Shown here piece by piece: positions 1 to 9,197 of a DNA stretch of 38,100 bases. The number at the start of each line of letters is the position of its first letter. The stretch's first letter is position 1. A program made the translations under genes and the position numbers. The stretch is from a virus. Its lineage: Duplodnaviria; Caudoviricetes. The stretch lies in IMG/VR virus record IMGVR_UViG_3300025084_002858, positions 1 through 38,100 of that record. One strand, 5' to 3'. The notes beneath the pieces were generated by a model, which did no database searches, had not been told where the DNA came from, and saw only the letters and a list, made by a program, of their open reading frames with translations.

Positions 1-1349
1 GAAGAACTGGTAGTGATGCTGGTCCTCAACCTGCTGGTGGTTCCCAGAAACCTGCAAGTCAGGGTAAGATGGATAGTGGCAGTCGCACTGATCTTCAGTT
101 CCGTAAGGCAGCACTGAAGAAAAAAGAGATGAAGGAAGCATATTCTTCCTGGAGGCAAGACCTCTCCGAAATTATGACTGACGATATCGATTCAAAACCG
201 ATTAAGGAAAAAAAAAATATAAAAAATTCGATTAAGATCAATCCAAAACTTGGCGAATCTGTAGAGCAACTGGGTGGTGAAATCCTTGAGATGGTTGAGG
301 TTGATCAGTTTGATGGTATTGTTGAAGAGGTGTTCCAAGATCTTTTAAGTGAGGGTTACAGTGAGCAACTTGTGAGAGCTGCTATTGAAGAAGCAACAGT
401 TACCTATGGCCATGACACTAGTGGGGATGCTGAGGGAATGAGAGACAAACTCAAGAAGAAAGCAAAAGGATTCCTTGGCAAAGTTGCTGTCAAGGCATAC
501 AATAAAGCAAGAGAAGCAAAGGCAGCAGCAACACCTGCAGTACAAAGAGCAAAGACATCAGCAAAGCGTGGCATCAGAAAGATGGCACTTAAGGTTGCTG
601 ACAAATTGAAAGAAGAAAACGTAGATGAAGCAGTCTATGGTGGTACTCCACCAGAGAAAAAGGACACCCGTATGGTTGTCACAAATGCTGACAAGAAAGC
701 AAATACTCCTGCATATCAAAAGATGAAGGCAGGTGACAAGCGTTACAAGGCTGCTGATCACATGAACGAGGGTGATGGTGATCCTTGCTGGGACTCCCAT
801 AAGCAAGTTGGAATGAAGAAGAAAGGCAACCGCATGGTTCCTAACTGTGTTCCTAAGAACGAAGAGGTTGAGGTCTCTGAAGAGGGATCTATGTCTGCTC
901 AAGAAATTGCCCTTCAGAAAAGAAAGTCAACCATCGATCAGATGATTGCTAGAAAAAGAAGACAGGAACTTGACCAGGGTAAAAAAGAAAAACCCACAAA
1001 GGCGATGGGTGAAGAAACCGAAGATTCTCTAAGAGATCGTCGCATGGAACGTGGTGGTGTTGATGGCAATAACCGTTACAACAAACCAATCAGTAACACG
1101 CCAAATACATTTGGTAAGAAAAAACCAAAATATGATGGTATGTCTGCACTTGAAAAAGTGAAAGCAGATATCCGTGCCAAGCATGGTAAAGGTGCCATCA
1201 AAGAAGACGCCAAGATGGCCAAACAGTCGGATGAGAAACTAGCAGCACTCCATAAGCAAGTAAGTTCTAGTGATCAGAGTCTTCCTTCTAATCAATTTAT
1301 GATGAAGAGAGTGACGAAGGAGATGAATCGCAGAAAGAAAGCGACTTGA
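1..1349 (+). CDS. Large K/E-rich hypothetical protein, 5'-truncated by the window; probable internal head protein
   Basis: Frame is open from the window start (RTGSDAGPQPAGGSQKPASQGK precedes the Met at 69). Contains a DPCWDSHKQVGMKKKGNRMVPNCVP module and many [LIVM]-x-E sites. Confidence 0.7.
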   Translation, partial: RTGSDAGPQPAGGSQKPASQGKMDSGSRTDLQFRKAALKKKEMKEAYSSWRQDLSEIMTDDIDSKPIKEKKNIKNSIKINPKLGESVEQLGGEILEMVEVDQFDGIVEEVFQDLLSEGYSEQLVRAAIEEATVTYGHDTSGDAEGMRDKLKKKAKGFLGKVAVKAYNKAREAKAAATPAVQRAKTSAKRGIRKMALKVADKLKEENVDEAVYGGTPPEKKDTRMVVTNADKKANTPAYQKMKAGDKRYKAADHMNEGDGDPCWDSHKQVGMKKKGNRMVPNCVPKNEEVEVSEEGSMSAQEIALQKRKSTIDQMIARKRRQELDQGKKEKPTKAMGEETEDSLRDRRMERGGVDGNNRYNKPISNTPNTFGKKKPKYDGMSALEKVKADIRAKHGKGAIKEDAKMAKQSDEKLAALHKQVSSSDQSLPSNQFMMKRVTKEMNRRKKAT

Positions 1350-1350
1350 T

Positions 1351-1833
1351 ATGCCAGCAGTATCTAAAGCACAGCAAAGGTTTATGGGTATGGTCTATGC
1401 CACCAAGAAAGGTGACATGACCAACCCTTCACCTGAGGTTGCCCAAGCAGCAGCATCCATGAAGAAGAGTGATGCGAAAGACTTTGCATCAACTAAGCAT
1501 AAGAAACTCCCTGAGAAGAAGGTTGCAAAAGAAGCAGCAGATTTTTCGCAGCGAGATAAGATTATGAAGAAAGCAAAACCTCTTCATAAACATCTTTATA
1601 AAAACCTTCATAAGAAAGATACTTCTGGTGATGTGAATGAAAAAATTGATTATGCTGATTCTAAGCAAATGAAAAAATTTGCTGATGAGAAAAAGAAGCA
1701 TAAAGAACAAGACAATAGAATGAAGTTTGGTAAATTTTCCAAACGTGCCGAAGAGGCAAGAGATCGTTTACGTCCTGGTGAAGTAAAACGTTATGATAAA
1801 GCAAAAGGTAAATGGGTTTCTAATAAGGATTGA
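1351..1833 (+). CDS. Basic hypothetical protein, DUF3008-like N-terminus
   Basis: MPAVSKAQQRFMG...AKDFASTKHKKLPEKK resembles DUF3008 (recalled pattern). Confidence 0.65.
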   Translation: MPAVSKAQQRFMGMVYATKKGDMTNPSPEVAQAAASMKKSDAKDFASTKHKKLPEKKVAKEAADFSQRDKIMKKAKPLHKHLYKNLHKKDTSGDVNEKIDYADSKQMKKFADEKKKHKEQDNRMKFGKFSKRAEEARDRLRPGEVKRYDKAKGKWVSNKD

Positions 1834-1861
1834 TATATAGTATCAGTACTTGAGATTTACC

Positions 1862-2068
1862 ATGCTTGCATTTCTACTCCCTCTCGCGTCGAAGATCATC
1901 AAAGATGCCGTTTCAAACATTCCTGAGAATGAAGAACTCGGTGAGAAGATGGTTGAGATCTGTCTTATTATTCTTGCTAAGGCAGTTAAGCTAACCAAGA
2001 CCGATATGGACGATCAACTTTTAGAGGTTGTCACAAAGGCAATTAATGCAAGAGAAGAGGCAAATTGA
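1862..2068 (+). CDS. Small conserved cyanophage hypothetical protein
   Basis: ATG at 1862; C-terminal AVKLTKTDMDDQLLEVV; followed by a terminator. Confidence 0.7.
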   Translation: MLAFLLPLASKIIKDAVSNIPENEELGEKMVEICLIILAKAVKLTKTDMDDQLLEVVTKAINAREEAN

Positions 2069-2073
2069 TACTT

Positions 2074-2103
2074 AGGAGACCATATTACAAGGTCTCCTTT
2101 TTT
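2074..2103 (+). terminator. Rho-independent terminator
   Basis: AGGAGACC / GGTCTCCT stem followed by a T tract. Confidence 0.8.
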
Positions 2104-2110
2104 ATAAATA
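2103..2110 (+). promoter_or_regulatory. T4-type late promoter
   Basis: Exact TATAAATA upstream of the ATG at 2143. Confidence 0.8.
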
Positions 2111-2142
2111 TCTTATAGCAAATAAATTTTCGGAAGAAAGAC

Positions 2143-2697
2143 ATGGCACTTTGGGGCAATAATGACAACCTGGGAAACGCAGGCACAATTACGTTTGATT
2201 ATACTACTCTGGTTGTCACTGGAACCGGCACCACTTTTGGTGTCACTGGTGGAGGCCACACTGAAGCACAAGTCGGTGATGTTATTCACTTTGGTCACAG
2301 AGATGCCAGTGATGGCGGAATCTCTACCTACTTTGGTTCTGCTGTTATTGTTGGTGTTGCAAGTACAAGTCAATTAACGATTGGTTCGACTTCAGGTCTC
2401 ACCAATTCATTCACTTCGATTGCAGCAACTACCTACACTATCAGTCAGTGTCCTATTTCGTTCACACAGGATCCTGCATATAGTGAGAGAAATACTAACT
2501 CCGATACATTCGTCTATGGTATTTCTACCACAGGTTCTCAGACTGCATCAGGTACTGCGTTTGAGTCCGGCGTAGGTTGGGTTGGTATCACAACGTATAA
2601 CGATCAACACGGAACCTTGAGGGTTAAGAAGGAAATCTTGGTTGCGATGTCTGGTATTCAGACTGGTAACCGTCCTGCTTTCCCTGGCCAGAAATAA
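2143..2697 (+). CDS. Putative virion structural protein (T/G/S-rich)
   Basis: Late promoter; MALWG start and GWVG...LRVKKEILVAMS end typical of cyanomyovirus virion proteins; beta-rich composition. Confidence 0.65.
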   Translation: MALWGNNDNLGNAGTITFDYTTLVVTGTGTTFGVTGGGHTEAQVGDVIHFGHRDASDGGISTYFGSAVIVGVASTSQLTIGSTSGLTNSFTSIAATTYTISQCPISFTQDPAYSERNTNSDTFVYGISTTGSQTASGTAFESGVGWVGITTYNDQHGTLRVKKEILVAMSGIQTGNRPAFPGQK

Positions 2698-2711
2698 TTT
2701 ATATGTGATAT

Positions 2712-3104
2712 ATGTTTTTTAATGAATTGAATGAAGACAATTTTCTTCTATATGCAATAAAATATTATGAAAATCCTCAGGCTGTAACTAAGGAAGACTT
2801 TGATCGTGATTTGAATCATTTCAAATACATTAAAAGACTACTGAAACGGTATAAGAATACTGGTCAACTCAAGACACATCTTCTTCTAAATCACTTCATT
2901 ATTCTGTATAATATTTTTGGTGAAGCAACAACTCCTATGTTGTTCTTTAAGATTGAGAGCGATCTTTGGTCATCGATGAAGAGTTTCATCATTTTTCTAG
3001 GAAGATTTCCTGAGTATCCAAAGTCTCACATTCATGATATACAAGTCGATATGAACTGTTTAGCAGAACTTTATAGAATCTACGATGAAAAAGAATCTTC
3101 TTGA
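2712..3104 (+). CDS. Conserved T4-like cyanophage hypothetical protein
   Basis: 130-aa ORF (YENPQ...FKYIKRLL...LLLNHFIILYNIFG) in the usual position upstream of primase. Confidence 0.75.
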   Translation: MFFNELNEDNFLLYAIKYYENPQAVTKEDFDRDLNHFKYIKRLLKRYKNTGQLKTHLLLNHFIILYNIFGEATTPMLFFKIESDLWSSMKSFIIFLGRFPEYPKSHIHDIQVDMNCLAELYRIYDEKESS

Positions 3105-3273
3105 TAAAATTATTCAGATGATTCGTGAGGATGCTCCCACGAATGCTATGGCACATGGGAAGATCGCAGGTTCTGCGGAGGCAGGAGATGATCCTCCTGT
3201 AAGAAACAAGAAAAGATATATTTACCAAAAGGGTATACGTAAAATGTGGAAGCCTGATGGAAGAAGAAGTTAA
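3085..3273 (+). CDS. Small hypothetical protein, possible head-protease substrate
   Basis: MIRE-DAPTNA motif and basic tail; overlaps neighbours in an operon-like way. Confidence 0.6.
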   Translation: MKKNLLDKIIQMIREDAPTNAMAHGKIAGSAEAGDDPPVRNKKRYIYQKGIRKMWKPDGRRS

Positions 3274-3658
3274 AGTCGCAGTTCTAGAGACAAGATTGGA
3301 AAATTTTGAGACATTAGTTTCAAGATTAGACTCAGCAATTGAAAAAATTGCAGAGGTAAATAATAACGTGAGTAGGATGTTGGCCGTCCATGAACAACGA
3401 ATTACGAAGCAAGAAGAAATCGACGAGATATTGTTTGATAAGATCGACAAACTCCGTGATAAAATGGACAGCGATCATGACAACGTTACTCAACGATTAT
3501 CATTATTGGAACGGAAACTTTGGATTGGCATCGGAGCACTGGGAGCAATATTGATAATTTCCAACCCACAATCTATTAAAATAATCAAACCCTTGTTATC
3601 CTCCGCTGAGAGTGTTATAATACAACCAGCGGTTGCCTTTGTGGATGGATCACGTTGA
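3257..3658 (+). CDS. Coiled-coil protein with C-terminal transmembrane segment
   Basis: Heptad-rich body, then LWIGIGALGAILII. Confidence 0.7.
   Translation: MEEEVKVAVLETRLENFETLVSRLDSAIEKIAEVNNNVSRMLAVHEQRITKQEEIDEILFDKIDKLRDKMDSDHDNVTQRLSLLERKLWIGIGALGAILIISNPQSIKIIKPLLSSAESVIIQPAVAFVDGSR
3593..3621 (+). promoter_or_regulatory. Sigma70-type promoter for primase-nrdAB, inside the upstream gene
   Basis: TTGTTA-N17-TATAAT with an extended TG. Confidence 0.6.
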
Positions 3659-4613
3659 CTCCAAGTTTATTGGACTTGTATCTCCTAAACTTCATAAGTT
3701 TAAGAGAGTAAAATCAAACCTATACAACTTTAGGTGTCCAATCTGCGGAGACTCAAAGAAAAACAAGAGTAAAACGCGAGGGTATCTTTACGCAGTAAAG
3801 GCAAATACTAATTTCAAGTGCCATAACTGTGGTGCTTCGATGTCTCTTAACAACTTTTTGAAGCAGGTTGATCCTGCTGTTCATAAGCAATATGTTATGG
3901 AGAAGTTCAAAGGGGGCCATACTGGTCGTAACTTTGTAATTGATCAACCAGACATTAAATTTGAAGCACCCAAGTTTAAGAAGAAATTAAAGTTACCCAA
4001 AGCATCTGATTATCCTAGACCTGCTGGATATCTTACAGCAAGAAAACTAAACCCTGATGATTTCTACTATGCTGAACACTTTAAGAAGTTTGTAAACAGT
4101 CTTAAGCAGACCTTTGATGATACAACGCATGATGAAGAACGCATCATCATTCCACTTTATTATGAAAAGAACTTAATTGGTCTCCAGGGAAGATCTATAA
4201 ATCCAAACCCTGTTAAATATATTACCGTGATGCTTGATGATGACGCACCAAAAATCTATGGACTTGATAACATCAGAAAGGATGCTCCAGTCTATGTTAC
4301 AGAAGGACCTTTCGACAGCACGTTTATTCGCAACTCGATTGCTATGTGCGGAGCTGATGCTAATGTTGATCGTTGGGGGATCAGCAATCCTGTTTGGATT
4401 TATGATAACGAACCCCGCAACAGAGAAATTACAAACAGAATCTCTAAGACCATCGATTCTGGCCAGTCGGTAGTCATCTGGCCTGAGAGCATCGATGATA
4501 AAGACATAAATGATATGGTGATGTCTGGACTGGATGTGCAGTCTGTGATAGAATCAAACACATATTCTGGATTAGAAGCAAAACTTAAATTTACCACCTG
4601 GAAGAAGATATGA
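3645..4613 (+). CDS. gp61: DNA primase (T4 gp61-like)
   Basis: N-terminal zinc-binding CPICGDS...CHNCG; TOPRIM motifs VTEGPFDS, YDNE and KDIND. Confidence 0.95.
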   Translation: MDHVDSKFIGLVSPKLHKFKRVKSNLYNFRCPICGDSKKNKSKTRGYLYAVKANTNFKCHNCGASMSLNNFLKQVDPAVHKQYVMEKFKGGHTGRNFVIDQPDIKFEAPKFKKKLKLPKASDYPRPAGYLTARKLNPDDFYYAEHFKKFVNSLKQTFDDTTHDEERIIIPLYYEKNLIGLQGRSINPNPVKYITVMLDDDAPKIYGLDNIRKDAPVYVTEGPFDSTFIRNSIAMCGADANVDRWGISNPVWIYDNEPRNREITNRISKTIDSGQSVVIWPESIDDKDINDMVMSGLDVQSVIESNTYSGLEAKLKFTTWKKI

Positions 4614-6910
4614 CGAACGGCACCAAGGTTAAAAAGAGAGACGGAAGAATTGAACCTCTTGACCTAGAGAAGATGCATTTGATGGTTGATGAAGCGTGTA
4701 CGGGTCTTGCAGGGGTGTCTGCGAGTCAAGTTGAGATCCAGTCTGGTATCCAGTTTTATGATGGTATCACTACTGGAGAAATTCAAGAAATTCTGATTCG
4801 TTCTGCTTCTGATCTGATCGATCTGGATCACCCCAACTATCAGTTTGTGGCAGCACGTTTGCTTCTGTTTAGTATTCGTAAAAGTCTCTATGGAAAGATG
4901 AGAGAACTTCCTCATCTTGAAAACCATATCATGGACTGTACTTCTAAAGAAGTATATGATAAAGATATTTTCCTTAAGTATTCAAAAGAGGAGATTGACA
5001 AAGCAAACTCCATGATTGATCATGGTCGAGATTTTGATTTTACATATGCTGGTCTGAGACAGGTTGTAGATAAATACCTAGTACAAGATAGAAGTTCTGG
5101 CGGAGTCTATGAGACTCCACAGTTCATGTATATCATGATTGCTTTGACAATCTTCGCTGAGTATCCAAAAGATACTCGCTTGTCATACGTTAAGAGGTAC
5201 TATGACGCCATCTCCAAACACAAACTCAACATTCCCACACCTATCATGGCAGGAGTGCGAACTCCACTTCGACAATTTGCTAGCTGTGTTCTTGTTGATG
5301 TTGATGACACCCTCGATTCTATCTTTAGCTCTGATATGGCAATTGGCAAATACGTTGCACAAAGGGCGGGAATCGGTATCAACGCAGGCCGAATCCGTGG
5401 CATCAACGCTAAGATCAGAGGTGGAGAAGTCCAACACACAGGTGTTGTACCATTTCTTAAAAAGTTTGAATCGACTGTCCGATGCTGTACACAGAATGGA
5501 ATTCGTGGTGGCTCAGCAACTGTCCACTTCCCAATCTGGCACCAAGAGATCGAAGACATCATCGTCCTGAAGAATAACAAAGGTACAGAAGACAATCGGG
5601 TACGAAAACTTGACTACTCAATCCAAATTTCAAAGATTTTCTACGAACGTTTCATTCAGGATGGAGAGATTAGCCTCTTCTCACCGCATGACGTACCGGG
5701 TCTGTATGATTCCTTTGGTACTGACAGGTTCGATGATTTATATGTGGGGTTTGAACGAGATGAGTCTGTTCCAAGAAAGACTATCGGGGCACAAAAACTA
5801 ATCCTCGATCTCCTGAAGGAGAGAGCAGAGACTGGTCGTTTGTATATCATGAACATCGACCACTGCAACTCTCACTCTTCTTTCAAGGACAAGGTGAATA
5901 TGAGTAACCTGTGTCAGGAGATTACTTTGCCAACAGATCCAATTAGTCATATTGATGACGAGTTTGGTGAGATTGCTCTATGCATTCTTTCTGCCATTAA
6001 TATTGGTAAAGTCAAGACCGATGACGAATTAGAAAATCTTTGTGATCTTTCTGTCCGTGGCCTGGAAGAATTGATTGACCATCAAGAGTATCCCGTAAAG
6101 GCAGCAGAACGTGCTACAAAGGCACGTAGATCCCTTGGAATTGGGTTTATTGGTCTAGCACATTACCTTGCTAAACTTGGATTCAAGTATGACTCTCAAG
6201 AGGCATGGGATGCAGTTCATGGATTGACCGAAGCATTTCAATATTATCTCTTGAAGTCTTCTAATCAAATTGCCAAGGAGAAAGGATGGTGTGCAGACTT
6301 TGGTCGCACCAAGTATGCTGATGGAATTCTTCCTATCGATACATATAAGAAGGATGTTGATGAAATCTCTAGTCAGGAGTTAGAGCATGATTGGGAGAGT
6401 CTTCGCGCATCTATCTCCGAATACGGTTTACGGCACTCAACACTGTCTGCTCAGATGCCATCGGAGAGCAGTTCCGTTGTGTCAAACGCAACAAATGGAA
6501 TTGAGCCACCTAGAGACTATCTGTCCATTAAGAAATCAAAGAAAGGACCACTCAAACAGATTGTTCCTCAATATGGATCTCTTAAAAATAATTATACGCT
6601 CCTTTGGGATATGGAGTCCAATCGTGGTTATATTAATATTGTTGCTGTGATGCAAAAATTCTTTGATCAGGCAATTTCTGGCAACTGGAGTTATAATCCA
6701 GAACAGTATCCTGATAATGAAGTACCTGTGTCCACTATGGCACAAGACTTTTTGACTACATATAAGTACGGTTGGAAAACTTCCTACTATCAGAATACTC
6801 ATGATATGAAAAATGATGAGGTAGTAGAGGAACCTAAATCAAATTTAGATAATCTGTTAAACGAATTAGAACAAGCCGAGGAGGGAGAGTGTGAATCCTG
6901 TGCAGTTTAA
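4610..6910 (+). CDS. nrdA: Ribonucleotide reductase class Ia alpha subunit
   Basis: ATP-cone VKKRDG; PTPIMAG, SCVL, SNLCQEI; C-terminal CESC. Confidence 0.98.
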   Translation: MTNGTKVKKRDGRIEPLDLEKMHLMVDEACTGLAGVSASQVEIQSGIQFYDGITTGEIQEILIRSASDLIDLDHPNYQFVAARLLLFSIRKSLYGKMRELPHLENHIMDCTSKEVYDKDIFLKYSKEEIDKANSMIDHGRDFDFTYAGLRQVVDKYLVQDRSSGGVYETPQFMYIMIALTIFAEYPKDTRLSYVKRYYDAISKHKLNIPTPIMAGVRTPLRQFASCVLVDVDDTLDSIFSSDMAIGKYVAQRAGIGINAGRIRGINAKIRGGEVQHTGVVPFLKKFESTVRCCTQNGIRGGSATVHFPIWHQEIEDIIVLKNNKGTEDNRVRKLDYSIQISKIFYERFIQDGEISLFSPHDVPGLYDSFGTDRFDDLYVGFERDESVPRKTIGAQKLILDLLKERAETGRLYIMNIDHCNSHSSFKDKVNMSNLCQEITLPTDPISHIDDEFGEIALCILSAINIGKVKTDDELENLCDLSVRGLEELIDHQEYPVKAAERATKARRSLGIGFIGLAHYLAKLGFKYDSQEAWDAVHGLTEAFQYYLLKSSNQIAKEKGWCADFGRTKYADGILPIDTYKKDVDEISSQELEHDWESLRASISEYGLRHSTLSAQMPSESSSVVSNATNGIEPPRDYLSIKKSKKGPLKQIVPQYGSLKNNYTLLWDMESNRGYINIVAVMQKFFDQAISGNWSYNPEQYPDNEVPVSTMAQDFLTTYKYGWKTSYYQNTHDMKNDEVVEEPKSNLDNLLNELEQAEEGECESCAV

Positions 6911-8084
6911 AGTATCTTCCGTAGAGGACAACAACATGACAAAAGTTAAGGGCATGACGGTCTTTAACACTGAACAAGTTAATACAAAGAAGCAACCGAT
7001 GTTCTTTGGTAAACCTCTGGGTATCCAGAGGTATGACTCGTATAAGTATCCTATTTTTGACAAACTAACTACTCAACAATTAGGATACTTCTGGCGTCCA
7101 GAAGAAGTCTCACTGCAAAAAGATCGTGGAGATTATCAAACACTTCGTCCAGAACAAAAGCATATCTATACAAGTAACCTCAAGTATCAGATTATGCTTG
7201 ACTCCATACAAGGGCGTGGTCCTGGGATGGCTTTTATACCTTATTGCAGTCTACCCGAACTAGAGGCATGTATGGAGGTCTGGGGATTCATGGAGATGAT
7301 CCATAGTCGATCCTATACGTACATCATCAAGAACATCTACAGTGACCCTTCAGAGGTCTTTGACAAGATTGTGACTGATGATCGCATTCTGGAACGTGCT
7401 AGCAGTGTTACAGCAGCATACGATGACTTCATTCAGGGTGCCCATGAGTATGATGGTGGCACTATGTGGGAACTTGCCACAGAAGGTCACTATGCAGGAT
7501 CTATCGAAAGACGTGAATTGAAACGCAAACTTTATAGAGCAGTTGCTAATGTCAATATCCTTGAAGGAATTCGGTTTTATGTTTCTTTTGCTTGCAGCTT
7601 TGCTTTTGGTGAACTTAAACTCATGGAAGGTTCAGCAAAAATTATCTCCCTTATTGCTAGAGATGAGAACCAACACCTCGCCATTACCCAAAATATTCTG
7701 AACAAGTGGAAGAAAGGTGATGATCCTGAAATGAAGCAAATCATGAAGGAAGAAGAGGAGTGGACCTATAAGGCATTTGATAATGCTGTGAATGAGGAGA
7801 AGCGTTGGGCCGATTATCTGTTTAAGGATGGATCGATGATTGGTTTGAATGATAAACTTCTCCAGCAGTATGTTGAGTGGGTCGCTAATCGTCGTCTGAA
7901 AGGCATCGGACTGAAACCTGTTTATGATGTAGCAGCATCTGCTAATCCACTGCCCTGGACACAGCACTGGATCTCTTCTAAGGGTCTTCAGGTAGCACCA
8001 CAGGAGACTGAAGTAGAGTCTTATGTTGTTGGTGGAATCAAGCAAGATGTGAAAAAGGACACATTCAGTGGTTTCCAACTCTGA
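6891..8084 (+). CDS. nrdB: Ribonucleotide reductase class Ia beta subunit
   Basis: FWRPEEV, EMIHSRSY, LEGIRFYVSF, RDENQH, APQETE. Confidence 0.98.
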   Translation: MNPVQFKVSSVEDNNMTKVKGMTVFNTEQVNTKKQPMFFGKPLGIQRYDSYKYPIFDKLTTQQLGYFWRPEEVSLQKDRGDYQTLRPEQKHIYTSNLKYQIMLDSIQGRGPGMAFIPYCSLPELEACMEVWGFMEMIHSRSYTYIIKNIYSDPSEVFDKIVTDDRILERASSVTAAYDDFIQGAHEYDGGTMWELATEGHYAGSIERRELKRKLYRAVANVNILEGIRFYVSFACSFAFGELKLMEGSAKIISLIARDENQHLAITQNILNKWKKGDDPEMKQIMKEEEEWTYKAFDNAVNEEKRWADYLFKDGSMIGLNDKLLQQYVEWVANRRLKGIGLKPVYDVAASANPLPWTQHWISSKGLQVAPQETEVESYVVGGIKQDVKKDTFSGFQL

Positions 8085-8091
8085 AGCGTGC

Positions 8092-8121
8092 TTAAATAGG
8101 GGGACATGAGGTTCCCCTATG
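8092..8121 (+). promoter_or_regulatory. Late-promoter-like box plus hairpin covering the SD and start codon
   Basis: TTAAATA at 8092; 10-bp stem ATAGGGGGAC / GTTCCCCTAT with GAGG in or next to the loop and the ATG at the stem base. Confidence 0.55.
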
Positions 8122-8280
8122 CCTAAGAATGAATTGAAGAAAGAAGAGTTAAAAAATCGTGTACTTCAATTAAAAAATGATGTATACGAAGAACCTGATA
8201 CCGTGTGGCAGGGAGATCGAGATATGGCACATAAATATCTCGATAAGGTATTGAACATTATTGATGAGTATCGATATTGA
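8119..8280 (+). CDS. 53-aa hypothetical protein (not in ORF track)
   Basis: Hand translation MPKNELKKEELKNRVLQLKNDVYEE...VLNIIDEYRY; GAGG SD. Confidence 0.65.
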   Translation: MPKNELKKEELKNRVLQLKNDVYEEPDTVWQGDRDMAHKYLDKVLNIIDEYRY

Positions 8281-8704
8281 TTATGAGAATCCATGGATCT
8301 ATTTGGAGAGACCTTTTACTAGTGACGATGTTCACGACTACTATGGTTTTGTTTATAACATTACCAATCTCATCAACCAACGACAATACGTTGGGAGAAA
8401 GTATTTTTGGAGTCATCGGAAACCTCCAGGAAAAAAACGCCGAGTAAAAAAAGAATCCGACTGGAAAAATTATTATGGGTCTTGCTCAGAACTTAAAGAG
8501 GATATTGAACGACTGGGTAGACAAAACTTTAGTCGCACTATCCTCAGCTTACATAAAACAGCTGGCAAAACAAACTTCGAGGAAACAAAACAACTCTTTC
8601 TCAACGGAGTTCTCACAGAATCCCTTGACACAGGGGGACCTGCCTACTACAATAGTAACATCCTCAGCAGGTACTTCCGAAAAGATTATTATGATGGAGA
8701 CTGA
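8264..8704 (+). CDS. GIY-YIG family endonuclease (positionally like T4 endonuclease II/DenA)
   Basis: GFVYNITN...QYVGRK, YYGS, catalytic-type E and YYN; single domain; directly downstream of nrdB. Confidence 0.75.
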   Translation: MSIDIDYENPWIYLERPFTSDDVHDYYGFVYNITNLINQRQYVGRKYFWSHRKPPGKKRRVKKESDWKNYYGSCSELKEDIERLGRQNFSRTILSLHKTAGKTNFEETKQLFLNGVLTESLDTGGPAYYNSNILSRYFRKDYYDGD

Positions 8705-8921
8705 AGAAATCGTTGCTGACGTTCGACAGTGGGCAATTGAAAAAGTAGAAGAGTACAGTGGCAAAGGTGTAGAAAGAATTTACGATCAGATGGCCATCAT
8801 GGCAGAGTTTGATGAGTGGTTCGACCCTAAAGAAGATCTAGAGGTTGTATCACTTGACGAAATCTCTCAAGAGCAGTATGATGACTTTGTTGATTACTCA
8901 GACGGTATCGAAAGAGCATAA
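8691..8921 (+). CDS. Acidic hypothetical protein
   Basis: Likely start at ATG 8691 or 8694, coupled to the nuclease stop. Confidence 0.65.
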   Translation: MMETEEIVADVRQWAIEKVEEYSGKGVERIYDQMAIMAEFDEWFDPKEDLEVVSLDEISQEQYDDFVDYSDGIERA

Positions 8922-8925
8922 TCAA

Positions 8926-8976
8926 CTGCGGTGATCCCCTTGGTAGTTCAGGGTCAGCGGCGATAGGAACTACCAC
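8926..8976 (+). ncRNA. Candidate H-type pseudoknot RNA preceding tRNA-Arg
   Basis: TGATCC/GGGTCA stem interleaved with a perfect TGGTAGTTC/GAACTACCA stem. Confidence 0.5.
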
Positions 8977-8978
8977 AT

Positions 8979-9052
8979 GACTCAGTAGCTCAGCTGGATA
9001 GAGCATCTGCCTTCTAAGCAGTCGGTCATAGGTTCAAATCCTATCTGAGTCG
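8979..9052 (+). tRNA. tRNA-Arg(TCT)
   Basis: Acceptor GACTCAG/CTGAGTC; anticodon loop CT-TCT-AA; T loop GGTTCAAATCC. Confidence 0.95.
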
Positions 9053-9053
9053 C

Positions 9054-9104
9054 TGGGCATCAAGAGAGACCACCACCACCACCTCCTCTCTTGTGTAAGG
9101 CCCA
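9054..9104 (+). ncRNA. Candidate hairpin RNA with (ACC)n loop between two tRNAs
   Basis: TGGGC/GCCCA and CAAGAGAG/CTCTCTTG stems enclose ACCACCACCACCACCTC. Confidence 0.5.
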
Positions 9105-9109
9105 TCTAT

Positions 9110-9181
9110 GCGGAGTTAGTTCAGCGGTAGAACGCTATCCTTCCAAGTTAGATGTCGTCGGTTCGATTCCGATACTCCGCT
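9110..9181 (+). tRNA. tRNA-Gly(TCC)
   Basis: Acceptor GCGGAGT/ACTCCGC; loop CT-TCC-AA; GGTTCGATTCC. Confidence 0.95.
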
Positions 9182-9197
9182 TTCCTGATTTAGGAAT

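Noticed and set aside
4610-8084. Introns, inteins or homing endonucleases in nrdA/nrdB
   Set aside because: Both frames are continuous, of normal length and overlap each other.
8264-8704. Mobile Seg-type homing endonuclease
   Set aside because: Only a catalytic GIY-YIG domain with no DNA-binding extension; position fits a resident DenA-like nuclease.
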